A DNA stretch of 64,000 nucleotides from Oscillospiraceae bacterium (GCA_020025515.1 JAHHRZ010000005.1:53628-117627); one strand, 5' to 3'. Shown: positions 9,496 to 18,962, numbered from the stretch's first letter. Notes: generated from the letters alone by a model not told the origin. Numbers and translations are program-made.

Positions 9496-10425
9496 ATGAA
9501 CGTTTCTGAGATCCTGGAAAGACGCAACGCTTTCTCCTTTGAGGTTTTCCCCCCTAAGACGGATGTGGGTATGGAAAAACTGTGCGGCGAGGGCGGTGTT
9601 CTGGACCGACTGTACACCCTGAATCCTGATTACATCTCCTGCACCTACGGCGCAGGCGGCACCAATGTTGGTAAGAACCTGGAAGTTCTGAAGAAGATCC
9701 AGAATGATGGCAAGTCCATCCCTGTGACCCACTTCACCTGCATCGGCAATACCAAAGAGGGCATCAAGGAGCAGCTGCAGACCTACCTGGACAATGGCAT
9801 CAACCATATGCTGGCTCTGCGTGGTGACCTGCCCTTCGGCTGGACCGGCACCGGCGGTGACCTGCACTATGCCACTGAGCTGGTGAAGTTTGCCCGCCAG
9901 GAGTTCGGTGACAAGTTCACCATCGCTGTTGCAGGCTCCCCTGAGGGTCACATTGCCTGCCGCAGCCTGGAGGCTGACATTGCGTTCCTGAAGCAGAAGC
10001 AGGACAACGGCGCTGACTACATCATGACCCAGCTGTGCTGGGACATGGATCAGTTCCGTTACTGGCTGGATGCAATCCGTGCTGCCGGTATCTGGATGCC
10101 TGTGGATGTGGGTATTATGCCCATCCTGGATCAGGCGGCCACCATCAACATGGCTCTGTCTCGTAACGGCTGCGTAATGCCCCGTGAGCTGTGTGAGATC
10201 ATCTCCAAGAATTGGATCTTCCCCAACCCCTTCGACAAGGAGCCCTTCGATGCCGATGTAGCCGGCAAGAAGGCAAGCTTCAAGGAGGCCGGTATCGAGT
10301 ACACCATCCGTCAGATCGACGAGTACCGTGCATGCGGCATCAACGGCATCCACCTGTATGCCCTCAATAAGTTCGACGACGTGGCTCGCATTGCGAAGGA
10401 AGCCGGTCTGCTGGACCTCATCTAA
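9496..10425 (+). CDS. metF: Methylenetetrahydrofolate reductase
   Basis: SFEVFPPK, TYGAGG, HFTCIG, LALRGD, PEGH, GADYIMTQL, GIHLYALN. Confidence 0.93.
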   Translation: MNVSEILERRNAFSFEVFPPKTDVGMEKLCGEGGVLDRLYTLNPDYISCTYGAGGTNVGKNLEVLKKIQNDGKSIPVTHFTCIGNTKEGIKEQLQTYLDNGINHMLALRGDLPFGWTGTGGDLHYATELVKFARQEFGDKFTIAVAGSPEGHIACRSLEADIAFLKQKQDNGADYIMTQLCWDMDQFRYWLDAIRAAGIWMPVDVGIMPILDQAATINMALSRNGCVMPRELCEIISKNWIFPNPFDKEPFDADVAGKKASFKEAGIEYTIRQIDEYRACGINGIHLYALNKFDDVARIAKEAGLLDLI

Positions 10426-10507
10426 ATCATTCCCATGAAATGACCCGTGTGGCGGAGGATCGTCTCCGCCGCACGCCCTGACTGCGAAATCAAAGGAGAC
10501 ACGATTT

Positions 10508-11281
10508 ATGGCAACACCTCATACCATCGCCGTTGCCGGTAAGGGCGGCGTGGGAAAGACCACTACCTGCGGCATGATCATCGACTACCTGTGCAAAAAG
10601 AAGCAGGGACCTGTTTTGGTCGTGGACGCAGATGCCAACAGCAACCTGAATGAGGTTCTGGGCGTAGAAGTAGAAACCAGCCTTGGCCAGATCCGGGAGG
10701 AAATGGCGCAGGCAGAGCTCAAGGGCAATGTCATTCCTGCGGGCATGACGAAGGCCGACTATGCAGAGTTTAAGTTCAGCTCCGCCATTGTGGAGGAGGA
10801 TGACTATGACATGCTGGTGATGGGCCGCACCCAGGGCAAGGGCTGCTACTGCTACGTCAACGGTGTCCTCAAGACCCAGGTTGACAAGTATGCCAAGAAC
10901 TACCGTTACATTGTGATGGATAACGAGGCCGGTATGGAACATGTGGCCCGGGGTACGCTGCCACGTGTGAACACCCTGCTTCTGATTTCTGACAGCTCCC
11001 GCCGGGGCGTGCAGGCTGTGGCCCGCATTGCCGATATGGTGAAGGAGATGGAGCTCAAGTATGACTCTATGGGTCTCATTGTCAACCGGGCACCGGGGGG
11101 TATTCTGGATGACGGAGTCCGTGAGGAAATCGAGAAGCATGGCCTGACGCTGCTGGGCGTTCTGCCTCAGGATGAGGCGGTATTCCGCTGCGACTGCGAC
11201 GGTCAGCCATCGGCTAAGCTGCCGGATAATGATGCCATGAAGGTTGCTTTGGGAAAAATTCTGGATCATCTGGCACTGTAA
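10508..11281 (+). CDS. cooC: CooC/AcsF Ni-insertion ATPase
   Basis: GKGGVGKTT, VVDAD, GCYC metal motif, DNEAGMEH. Confidence 0.92.
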   Translation: MATPHTIAVAGKGGVGKTTTCGMIIDYLCKKKQGPVLVVDADANSNLNEVLGVEVETSLGQIREEMAQAELKGNVIPAGMTKADYAEFKFSSAIVEEDDYDMLVMGRTQGKGCYCYVNGVLKTQVDKYAKNYRYIVMDNEAGMEHVARGTLPRVNTLLLISDSSRRGVQAVARIADMVKEMELKYDSMGLIVNRAPGGILDDGVREEIEKHGLTLLGVLPQDEAVFRCDCDGQPSAKLPDNDAMKVALGKILDHLAL

Positions 11282-11349
11282 TTCGCTGTTTTCCGGCTGG
11301 AAGGCCGGGATCATATATTTTTTCATTCTACACAAGGGGGAAACCAATA

Positions 11350-12291
11350 ATGTCTTTCGCACCCAAGACGCAGGCGTTCAACGCAAAGATCAACGCTGTT
11401 ACTCTGGGCACCGGCGATAAAGCCGTTGTCCTGGGTGGCCAGAACGTTCTGCCCTTCTATACCTTCGATGCTGCCATCGAAAATGCTCCTAAGATCGGTG
11501 TGGAAATCACCGATACCGCCAAGGAGTGGACCGCTCCTGGCCTGACGGAGTTCTATGCCGGCTGTGAGACCATGGCCGACTTTGCCAAGAAGGCTGAGAC
11601 CATGGAAGGCGCTGACTTCCTGGTTCTGCACTTTGAATCCGCTGACCCCAACGGCGCAAACCGCTCCGTGGAGGACTGCGTGGCCGATGCCAAGGCCGTT
11701 GCCGAGGCTGTTACCATGCCCATTGCCATCATGGGCTGCAAGAATGTGGAGAAGGACAGCGAGCTGTTCGCCAAGATCTCCGAGGCTCTCCAGGGCAAGA
11801 ACATCGTTGTTCTGTCCGCCCGTGAAGAGAACTACAAGACTGTCGGCGCTTCCGCTGCTCTGGCTTATGGCCAGAAGGTAGGCGCTGAGACCGCTGACGA
11901 CATCAACCTGGCCAAGCAGCTGAACATCATGATGAAGGGCGTGGGCGTTGCCGCCGACTCCATCGTCATGAACATTGGTACCGCTGCTGTTGGCTATGGC
12001 TACGAGTACGTGGCTTCCACTCTGGACCGCGTCCGTGCCGCTGCTCTGGCTCAGTCCGATGCTGACCTGCAGATGCCCATTATTGCCCCTGTCTCTGCTG
12101 ACACCTGGGGTGTGAAGGAATCCGTGGCTACTGAAGAAGATGCTCCCGAGTGGGGCAATCAGGAGGAGCGCGCCATTGGCATGGAGATTTCCACCGCTGC
12201 CGCAAACCTCACCGGCGGTGCCGATGCCGTTATTATGCGCCATCCTGCTGCTATTGCCACCATCAAGAAGTTCATCACTGAACTTGTTTAA
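11350..12291 (+). CDS. acsD: Corrinoid Fe-S protein small subunit (CODH/ACS delta)
   Basis: LGGQNVLPFY, DINLAKQLN, GYGYEY, RAAALAQSD..LQMP, MRHP. Confidence 0.93.
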   Translation: MSFAPKTQAFNAKINAVTLGTGDKAVVLGGQNVLPFYTFDAAIENAPKIGVEITDTAKEWTAPGLTEFYAGCETMADFAKKAETMEGADFLVLHFESADPNGANRSVEDCVADAKAVAEAVTMPIAIMGCKNVEKDSELFAKISEALQGKNIVVLSAREENYKTVGASAALAYGQKVGAETADDINLAKQLNIMMKGVGVAADSIVMNIGTAAVGYGYEYVASTLDRVRAAALAQSDADLQMPIIAPVSADTWGVKESVATEEDAPEWGNQEERAIGMEISTAAANLTGGADAVIMRHPAAIATIKKFITELV

Positions 12292-12312
12292 TCGGTAAGG
12301 AGGATACATATA

Positions 12313-14598
12313 ATGGCTCTGAAAGGTCTTGACATTTTTAAGCTTTCTCCCAAGAAAAACTGTAAGGAATGTGGCAGCCCCACCTGTATGGCTTTCTGTA
12401 TGAAGGTCGCACAGGGTGCCGTTGAACTGTCCAAGTGTCCTTACTTCTCTGAAGATGCAATCGCAACCCTGTCCGAGGCTACCGCTCCTCTCATGAAGAC
12501 CATCGAGTTCGGCAACGGCCTGAAGCTGGGCGGCGAAACCGTTCTGTTCCGTCACGAGAAGACTCTGGTCAATGAAACCCGTTTCGCTGTGTCTATCGAC
12601 ACCAAAATGGATGCTGCCACTGTCGATGCAAAGCTTGCTGACATGGCTAAGGTTGACTACGAGCGTATCGGCGAGCGTATGTACGTGGAAGCCATTCTGG
12701 TTTCCAACAGAGGCACCGACGCTGCAGCTTACACCACTTTGGTTGAAAAGGCTGCTGCCACCGGCCGCGCTCTGGTTCTGGAGTGCTGGGATGTGGAATG
12801 CGCAAAGGCTGCTCTGGAAGTATGTAAGGCTGGCAAGCCCATTCTGGATGGCGCCACTCCTGAGAACTGGGAGGCTATGAACCAGGTCGCAACCGCTGCC
12901 GGTGTTACGCTGGGTGTTTGGGCGAACAACATCTCTGATTTGTACGACACCGTGAAGAATCTGGAAGCTAAGGGCAACAAGAACCTGGTTCTGGATGTCA
13001 CTGCTGCAACCGCTAAGGAGACCCTTGCCAACGCTGTCAATGTCCGTCGTACTGCTCTGAAGGACGGCGACCGCAGCTTCGGTTACCCCTCCATCGTCAA
13101 TTTGACCCGCTTTGCTAAGAACAACGAGCATCTGCAGACTGCATATGCTACCATGTTTATTGAAAAGTATGGTTCCATCGTTGTCATGGATCAGATGTCC
13201 TATGCTCAGGCTCTGCCTCTGTACGGCCTGCGTCAGAATATCTTCACCGATCCCCAGAAGCCCATGAAGGTCGAAGCTAAGATTTACCCCATCAACGGCG
13301 CTGACGAGAATGCACCTTGCTGTCTGACTGTGGACTTTGCTCTGACTTACTTCCTGGTTTCCGGCGAACTGGAGCGTTCCAATGCACCTGTAAACCTGCT
13401 GATTACCGATGCTTCCGGTATGTCCGTTCTGACTGCTTGGGCTGCTGGTAAGTTCTCCTCCAGCACCGTCAAGAAGTTCTTCGACGAGAACGATATTGAG
13501 AATAAGATCAAGAACCGTACCCTGATCATCCCCGGCAAGGTTGCCGTTATGAAGGGCGAGATTCAGGAGAAGCTGCCCAACTGGCATGTTGTGGTTGGTC
13601 CTCTGGAAGCTGTTCAGCTGCCCAAGTACATCAAGGACAAGGAATACGCCGGTGCCGTCGAGGCTGCCAAGGCTGAGGCTGCTGCAAGAGCTGCTGCTGC
13701 CACTCCTGCTGAGGAAGTCAAGGAGCTGTCCTTCGAGGAGCTGCTGGAGACCAAGGTTCCCAAGATCGAAGTGGTTGACATGGGTGTTAAGTACAAGGGT
13801 CACAACCCCGAGGCTAAGACCTTTGTTACCATCGGCGAGCGGATTCACTGCATCTCTCCCGCTATCCGTAAGGCTATGGACGAGCGGGATCCTGCTCCCA
13901 TCCTGAAGCGTGCTGCCGAGCAGATTGCTGCCGGTGCTACCTACCTGGATGTCAACATCGGACCTGCCGAGAAGGACGGTCCCGAGCGTATGATGTGGGC
14001 TGTTAAGCTGCTGCAGGAGAACTTCAACAATGTTCCTCTGGCTCTGGATACTGCCAATAAGAAGGCTATCGAGGCCGGTATCAAGGTTTATAACCGTTCC
14101 AATGGTAAGCCCATCGTCAACTCTGCTGATGCCGGCTCCCGTATCTCCTACATTGACCTGGCTGCTGCCAACGATGCAATCTGTATTGCTCTTTGCTCCG
14201 CTGACGGCATCGCAAAGGACAATGAGGAGCGCATGAAGCACTGCCACAACATGCTGGAGCGCGGCCTGTCTCTGGGCATGACCTCCGACGACCTGTGGTT
14301 CGACCCCCTGTTCCTGGTTGTCAAGGGCATGCAGGACAAGCAGATGGACGTTCTGAACGCCATCAAGCTGTTTGCCGACGAGGGCCTGAAGTCCACCGGT
14401 GGTCTGTCCAATAACTCCAACGGCGCACCCAAGAACGTTCGTCCCATCATGGACTCCGCTCTGGTTGCTATGGCTATGATGCAGGGTCTGACCTCCGCTA
14501 TCGTGAACCCCTGTGACCTGCGTCTGATGGAGACCATCAAGTCCTGTGATATCTTCAAGGATCACGTTCTGTACTCTGACTCCTACCTGGATCTGTAA
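12313..14598 (+). CDS. acsC: Fusion of the CFeSP large subunit (AcsC) and methyl-THF:CFeSP methyltransferase (AcsE)
   Basis: N-terminal NCKECGSPTCMAF..CP Fe-S motif, GGETVLFRHEK, IFTDPQKP, SVLTAWAAGKF; Ala-rich linker; C-terminal pterin-binding barrel (IGERI, LDVNIG, LALDT, IVNS, DPL, GLSN). Confidence 0.92.
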   Translation: MALKGLDIFKLSPKKNCKECGSPTCMAFCMKVAQGAVELSKCPYFSEDAIATLSEATAPLMKTIEFGNGLKLGGETVLFRHEKTLVNETRFAVSIDTKMDAATVDAKLADMAKVDYERIGERMYVEAILVSNRGTDAAAYTTLVEKAAATGRALVLECWDVECAKAALEVCKAGKPILDGATPENWEAMNQVATAAGVTLGVWANNISDLYDTVKNLEAKGNKNLVLDVTAATAKETLANAVNVRRTALKDGDRSFGYPSIVNLTRFAKNNEHLQTAYATMFIEKYGSIVVMDQMSYAQALPLYGLRQNIFTDPQKPMKVEAKIYPINGADENAPCCLTVDFALTYFLVSGELERSNAPVNLLITDASGMSVLTAWAAGKFSSSTVKKFFDENDIENKIKNRTLIIPGKVAVMKGEIQEKLPNWHVVVGPLEAVQLPKYIKDKEYAGAVEAAKAEAAARAAAATPAEEVKELSFEELLETKVPKIEVVDMGVKYKGHNPEAKTFVTIGERIHCISPAIRKAMDERDPAPILKRAAEQIAAGATYLDVNIGPAEKDGPERMMWAVKLLQENFNNVPLALDTANKKAIEAGIKVYNRSNGKPIVNSADAGSRISYIDLAAANDAICIALCSADGIAKDNEERMKHCHNMLERGLSLGMTSDDLWFDPLFLVVKGMQDKQMDVLNAIKLFADEGLKSTGGLSNNSNGAPKNVRPIMDSALVAMAMMQGLTSAIVNPCDLRLMETIKSCDIFKDHVLYSDSYLDL

Positions 14599-14619
14599 GA
14601 ACATACTTGAAATCCCCGT

Positions 14620-14655
14620 GGCCGGGAGGGAATTCTCCCTCCCGGCTGTTTTTTC
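14620..14655 (+). terminator. Terminator after acsC-E
   Basis: gccgggaggga/tccctcccggc followed by tgtttttt. Confidence 0.7.
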
Positions 14656-14718
14656 CTCTGTCCCGTGGGCATTGCCCATGTCCAGGGGAGAGTGGAAGAA
14701 CGAAGAATGAGGTATCAT

Positions 14719-15330
14719 ATGGACAATTATGTATTGGCCCAGGATCGAGCCAGACAGGCTTTTTTGCGGCGAAATCATGACGGCTTTGCAACCAGGCCGG
14801 GAATATCCGGAAACACAGAAGAGATCACCTTCCGGTTTTTGGGAACAAAGACCACCGTTGGTTTGAAAACTGGGGAAATAGCGTTCCAATGGGAGAATAA
14901 AATTTGGAAGGCTGACTATTCAGAGGCATTTTCGGTGTATGACTGGCTTTGTGACAGCAAGCCCCAGGCCACTGCCTCCGGAGAGTTTTGCCCGGCGCAC
15001 GGTCTTCCCGGCGTCTATGTGGCAGGCAGCGGACTTTCCATGTCGCCAAAGTGTCTGGCAGAGGCCGCTGACCAGGAACCGGGGTTGTTCTCCCGAGCCT
15101 GTGAGGCATTGGGGGGAAGGAGACTGTATTTGGGAGATATGGCCTATGAAATCCCTGTGGTGCCCGGTCTTACAATGGTTTTGAAGTTCTATCACAGAGA
15201 TGAGGAGTTTCCCCCCAGCATGACCATCCTATGGGATAAGAATACATTAGAATTTGTACGATATGAGACGATCTACTATATTGCAGGTGCCCTTTGCCAG
15301 CGCTTGGAACTGGCGATGAGTTGCCTGTGA
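14719..15330 (+). CDS. DUF3786-family protein
   Basis: C-terminal LKFYHRDEEFPPSMTILWD; acs-cluster context; start chosen from SD GAGG. Confidence 0.7.
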   Translation: MDNYVLAQDRARQAFLRRNHDGFATRPGISGNTEEITFRFLGTKTTVGLKTGEIAFQWENKIWKADYSEAFSVYDWLCDSKPQATASGEFCPAHGLPGVYVAGSGLSMSPKCLAEAADQEPGLFSRACEALGGRRLYLGDMAYEIPVVPGLTMVLKFYHRDEEFPPSMTILWDKNTLEFVRYETIYYIAGALCQRLELAMSCL

Positions 15331-15414
15331 TCCGCAAGGATAAGAAGCAGCATGGTTTGCGGTGTGGCATCGCAGCTGTGTAACATTGAAAAAACAAATC
15401 AGGAGGAAATCGAC

Positions 15415-17343
15415 ATGTATAAAATCACCTTTCAGATTGAAGGTGGCAATCCCGTTGTCATAGAGGCCAATGACGGCGACAACCTTCTGGAATTGGCCCG
15501 GCGGGCCAATGTGGCTATTGATGCCCCCTGTTCCGGCAATGGCTCTTGCGGCAAATGCCGGGTAAAGATATTGTCTGGGGAAGTCCAGAGCGTTCCTTCC
15601 CGCCATATTTCTCAGGCGGAGTACGAGGAGGGATGGCGCCTTTCCTGCGGCTGCAAGGTTGTGGGAGATCTGGAGGTCCTGGTTCCCGACATTGCCTCTG
15701 CCTATCAGAGCCGAATGAAAACTGCGGACCTGTCCTCTCCTGAGGAAGTGGCCCTATTTGATGCCATTCAGAAAGATGTCTGTGAGGCGGGAATCGCATT
15801 TGGTACCAACTTTATGGCGCTGGATCTTACCATGACGGAGCCGACTCTGGATGACACCATGCCTGATATTGAGCGCCTGACCTGGGCCGTCCAGGAAGCC
15901 GCCCAGGTAGAGGAAGTCAAGATTCCTGCTCAGGTCATGATCAAAATGGCTTCCACACTCCGGGAAAATGGCTTCCACATTTGCGCCAAGGGTCAGAAGG
16001 AAGGCAGCTGTTTTCAGGTTCTGGATTTGTGCGCTCCCGAAGATACCAGAATGTATGCGGCCGCCATTGATATCGGTACCACCACTGTTTCTGCTGTGGT
16101 GGCAGATTTGGAGAGCGGAAAAATTGTGGCCAAGGGTTCCAGCGGCAACGGACAGATTCGCTTTGGCGCCGATGTCATCAACCGGATTATTGAGCAGGGC
16201 AAGCCCGGCGGCAAAAAGAAGCTCCAGGATGCCGTAATCAAGGAGACACTGGTCCCAGTGCTGGGGAACCTGTGCAAATCTGCGGAGATCTCTGCAAAGA
16301 GCATTTTCCAGATCTGCATAGCGGCCAATACCACGATGAACCACCTGTTGGTGGGGGTGGATGCGGAGCCGGTTCGTATGGAGCCTTACATTCCGTCTTT
16401 CTTCTCCTGGAAGGGTCTCCTGGCCCGGGATCTAAAGCTTCCTGCCAATCCTCTGGCTCCTGTGATCATTGCGCCCAACATTGGTTCTTATGTGGGCGGC
16501 GACATTACAGCCGGTGTTTTTGCCAGCCTGATTTGGAGCAAGCCGGAGTTCAGTCTCTTCATTGACCTGGGCACCAATGGCGAGCTGGCCTTTGGCAATC
16601 AGGATTTCCTGATGTCCTGCGCCTGCTCTGCCGGTCCTGCTTTTGAGGGCGGCGACATTTCCTGTGGCATGCGTGCCACCGACGGTGCCATTGAGGCGGC
16701 TGTAATCGATAAGCAGACCATGGAGCCTACCTTTTCTGTGGTGGGCAGTCAGGAACAGAAGCCTGTTGGCCTGTGCGGCTCCGGCATCATCGACACCATT
16801 TCTGAGCTGTTCCGCTGCGGCATTATCAACGCCAAGGGCCAGTTTGTCCGGGATGGTGCCCGTGTAGCCCGGGATAAGTATGGCATGGGACGATATATTC
16901 TGGCAACTGCTGCGGAATCTGCTACTGAGCGTGAAATCTCCCTGAATGAGGTGGATATTGATAATTTCATCCGAGCCAAGGGCGCTATTTTCTCTGCCAT
17001 TGAGACCCTTCTCAATTCCGTAGACCTCACAACCGAGGAAATTGAGACGGTCTATGTGGCCGGTGGCATTGGCTCCGGAATCAATATGAAAAACGCCGTA
17101 AACATTGGTATGTTCCCTGATATCCCTCTGGAAAAGTTCCACTACATTGGAAACTCCTCCCTGACCGGTGCTTACGCCATGGCCCTGTCCAACCAGGCAG
17201 AGGAGAAGGTGGAAGAAGTGGCAAAAAATATGACCTACATGGAGTTGTCCACACACCCCGGCTATATGGATTCCTTCGTGGCGGCCTGTTTCCTGCCTCA
17301 TACCAACCGGAGCCTGTTCCCCAACAGCATTCAGGAACTGTAA
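15415..17343 (+). CDS. acsV: Reductive activator of corrinoid proteins (RACo/AcsV; ASKHA ATPase with 2Fe-2S domain)
   Basis: CSGNGSCGKC..RLSC ferredoxin, DIGTTT, GADVINRI, DLGTNGE, AGPAFEG, GLCGSG. Confidence 0.92.
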   Translation: MYKITFQIEGGNPVVIEANDGDNLLELARRANVAIDAPCSGNGSCGKCRVKILSGEVQSVPSRHISQAEYEEGWRLSCGCKVVGDLEVLVPDIASAYQSRMKTADLSSPEEVALFDAIQKDVCEAGIAFGTNFMALDLTMTEPTLDDTMPDIERLTWAVQEAAQVEEVKIPAQVMIKMASTLRENGFHICAKGQKEGSCFQVLDLCAPEDTRMYAAAIDIGTTTVSAVVADLESGKIVAKGSSGNGQIRFGADVINRIIEQGKPGGKKKLQDAVIKETLVPVLGNLCKSAEISAKSIFQICIAANTTMNHLLVGVDAEPVRMEPYIPSFFSWKGLLARDLKLPANPLAPVIIAPNIGSYVGGDITAGVFASLIWSKPEFSLFIDLGTNGELAFGNQDFLMSCACSAGPAFEGGDISCGMRATDGAIEAAVIDKQTMEPTFSVVGSQEQKPVGLCGSGIIDTISELFRCGIINAKGQFVRDGARVARDKYGMGRYILATAAESATEREISLNEVDIDNFIRAKGAIFSAIETLLNSVDLTTEEIETVYVAGGIGSGINMKNAVNIGMFPDIPLEKFHYIGNSSLTGAYAMALSNQAEEKVEEVAKNMTYMELSTHPGYMDSFVAACFLPHTNRSLFPNSIQEL

Positions 17344-17361
17344 ATTAAAAGGAGATCGACT

Positions 17362-17973
17362 ATGCAGGTTGAAAACCACAAAGAAGAAGTACCCTTTTCC
17401 TATTATGAAGGATTATTCCGGAAGATTGACCCCCAGGAAGTAGAAAACCGTCTGCCATGGGTGCGCTTTCAGGATGGAACATTTACCATGACCCTTCTGG
17501 GGCGGACCTATGACATTGCCTGGCCCGACTATGCCATTACTTCCCGGGATGAACTGCCGCTGCCGTCCATTCCCACCCAGACCTTTTTGCTGCGGTGCCT
17601 TTTGGAAGGGAAGGATGTGCCTGCCATGGGCCAGTGGAAAACCTTCCGGGAAATGCCATGGGGAGAGCTGTATATTCAGCCCTACACCGGGCGCTGCCTG
17701 ACCCGGGCGGCATTTACCTTCGGCACCAGAGTCAATGCCTTCCGGGCAGCTTGTGAAAAACTGGGAGCCAAGAAGCTTTTGCACGGCGATGCAGGCTATG
17801 AGTTTCAGATCATCGGCCCCTATTCCATGCAGATTCTGGTTTGGGAGGGAGACGATGAGTTCCCACCCAATGCCCAGATTCTCTATACCGATAATTTTGC
17901 GCAGGGCTTTGCCGCAGAAGACCGGGTGGTTTCCGGTGATATTTTGATTACTCATATTAAATCCAATATGTAG
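17362..17973 (+). CDS. DUF3786-family protein
   Basis: WKTFREMPWGELY, ILVWEGDDEFPPNAQIL, AEDRVV. Confidence 0.8.
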   Translation: MQVENHKEEVPFSYYEGLFRKIDPQEVENRLPWVRFQDGTFTMTLLGRTYDIAWPDYAITSRDELPLPSIPTQTFLLRCLLEGKDVPAMGQWKTFREMPWGELYIQPYTGRCLTRAAFTFGTRVNAFRAACEKLGAKKLLHGDAGYEFQIIGPYSMQILVWEGDDEFPPNAQILYTDNFAQGFAAEDRVVSGDILITHIKSNM

Positions 17974-17978
17974 AATAT

Positions 17979-18011
17979 AAATTGCGCCGGAACTTCCGGC
18001 GCAATTTTTTT
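17979..18011 (+). terminator. Terminator closing the acs cluster
   Basis: aaattgcgccgga/tccggcgcaattt plus T-run. Confidence 0.85.
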
Positions 18012-18063
18012 ATGAGAGATGCTGTATAAGGATATGCAAATCAGAAATAGTTAAGAAAAGTAG

Positions 18064-18092
18064 TTGACAAACTAACTTACACGAATTAAAAT
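18064..18092 (+). promoter_or_regulatory. Sigma-A promoter of the BlaI-like gene
   Basis: TTGACA-N17-TAAAAT; small palindrome TAGTT-gaca-AACTA over the -35. Confidence 0.65.
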
Positions 18093-18140
18093 GATAGAGG
18101 TGTGACTTGGGTAAAACAATAAACTATAAAGGAGAGACTT

Positions 18141-18500
18141 ATGAGGCTGGCAGAATCAGAACGCAAGGTAATGGAAGTGCTCTGGGAAGGGAAAATCGTC
18201 TTTGCAAGGGATGTTGCGTCGGAGCTGCGTAATCGAGTAGGCTGGGGAAAAACCACTACCTATACGATGCTCAATCGCTGCATGGAAAAGGGATATGTGA
18301 AGCGAGTGGAGCCTCGCTTTCGATGCATCCCGGTGCTGACAAAAGAGGAAGTAGCCGAACAGGAGACGGAGTATCTAATTTGCCATAGCTTTGACGGAAA
18401 ACCGGCGCTTTTGGTAGAAAAACTGGTGAGAGAGAAAAAACTGGATGCCCGGCAAATGGAAGAATTGTACCAGATTGCACGGGGCATGGGGAATGCATAA
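18141..18500 (+). CDS. BlaI/MecI/CopY-family transcriptional repressor
   Basis: LAESERKVMEVLW, GWGKTTTYTMLNRCMEKGYV, SFDG. Confidence 0.88.
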   Translation: MRLAESERKVMEVLWEGKIVFARDVASELRNRVGWGKTTTYTMLNRCMEKGYVKRVEPRFRCIPVLTKEEVAEQETEYLICHSFDGKPALLVEKLVREKKLDARQMEELYQIARGMGNA

Positions 18501-18644
18501 TCCATTTTAAGAAAAAGATTACGGCAAACACCTGTTTATGATATCGGCGGCATGTTACAAAGACGTTAGGTCTGGTTTTCCAGGGCTGTGTTGTAACATG
18601 CAGACGGCTTCGGATTGGTCTTGCATGTTTGCGGAAAAAATTGC

Positions 18645-18673
18645 TTGACAAATTGGAGCGTAGCAGGTATAAT
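18645..18673 (+). promoter_or_regulatory. Promoter of tRNA-Val copy 1
   Basis: Perfect TTGACA-N17-TATAAT. Confidence 0.85.
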
Positions 18674-18685
18674 AAACAGGTCTTC

Positions 18686-18761
18686 GGACGATTAGCTCAG
18701 CTGGTAGAGCATGCGCTTGACGTGCGCAGGGTCAGCGGTTCGAGTCCGTTATCGTCCACCA
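18686..18761 (+). tRNA. tRNA-Val(GAC), copy 1
   Basis: Acceptor stem GGACGAT/ATCGTCC, anticodon arm TGCGC-TTGACGT-GCGCA, GGTTCGAGTCC T-arm, encoded CCA. Confidence 0.97.
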
Positions 18762-18764
18762 TGT

Positions 18765-18798
18765 AAAGGCCGAACTTCGTTGGGGAGTTCGGCCTTTT
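18765..18798 (+). terminator. Terminator after tRNA copy 1
   Basis: aaaggccgaact/agttcggcctttt. Confidence 0.8.
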
Positions 18799-18962
18799 AT
18801 AATGAGTTTCCATGGATAGGGCTGCTGTTTCTGCCTGTTTAGGCAGATCAGAGGAAAGTGTGCAATATCCATGTATACAGAATTCCAGTCTCCTTTGCAA
18901 TGGGTAAATCTGTGCTGTTTTTGTGTTACATAGCAAATGACAGACAACAACCAATAAAATAC

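Noticed and set aside
12313..13640. HgcA-type mercury methylase
   Set aside because: Full AcsC with N-terminal Fe-S domain and an AcsD partner; no NVWCAAGK motif and no transmembrane domain
11323..14889. 1188-aa minus-strand ORF, and similar long antisense ORFs (1205-2524, 33031-34851, 45400-47103, 53084-54553)
   Set aside because: Antisense shadows of well-identified genes with strong codon bias; no recognisable motifs
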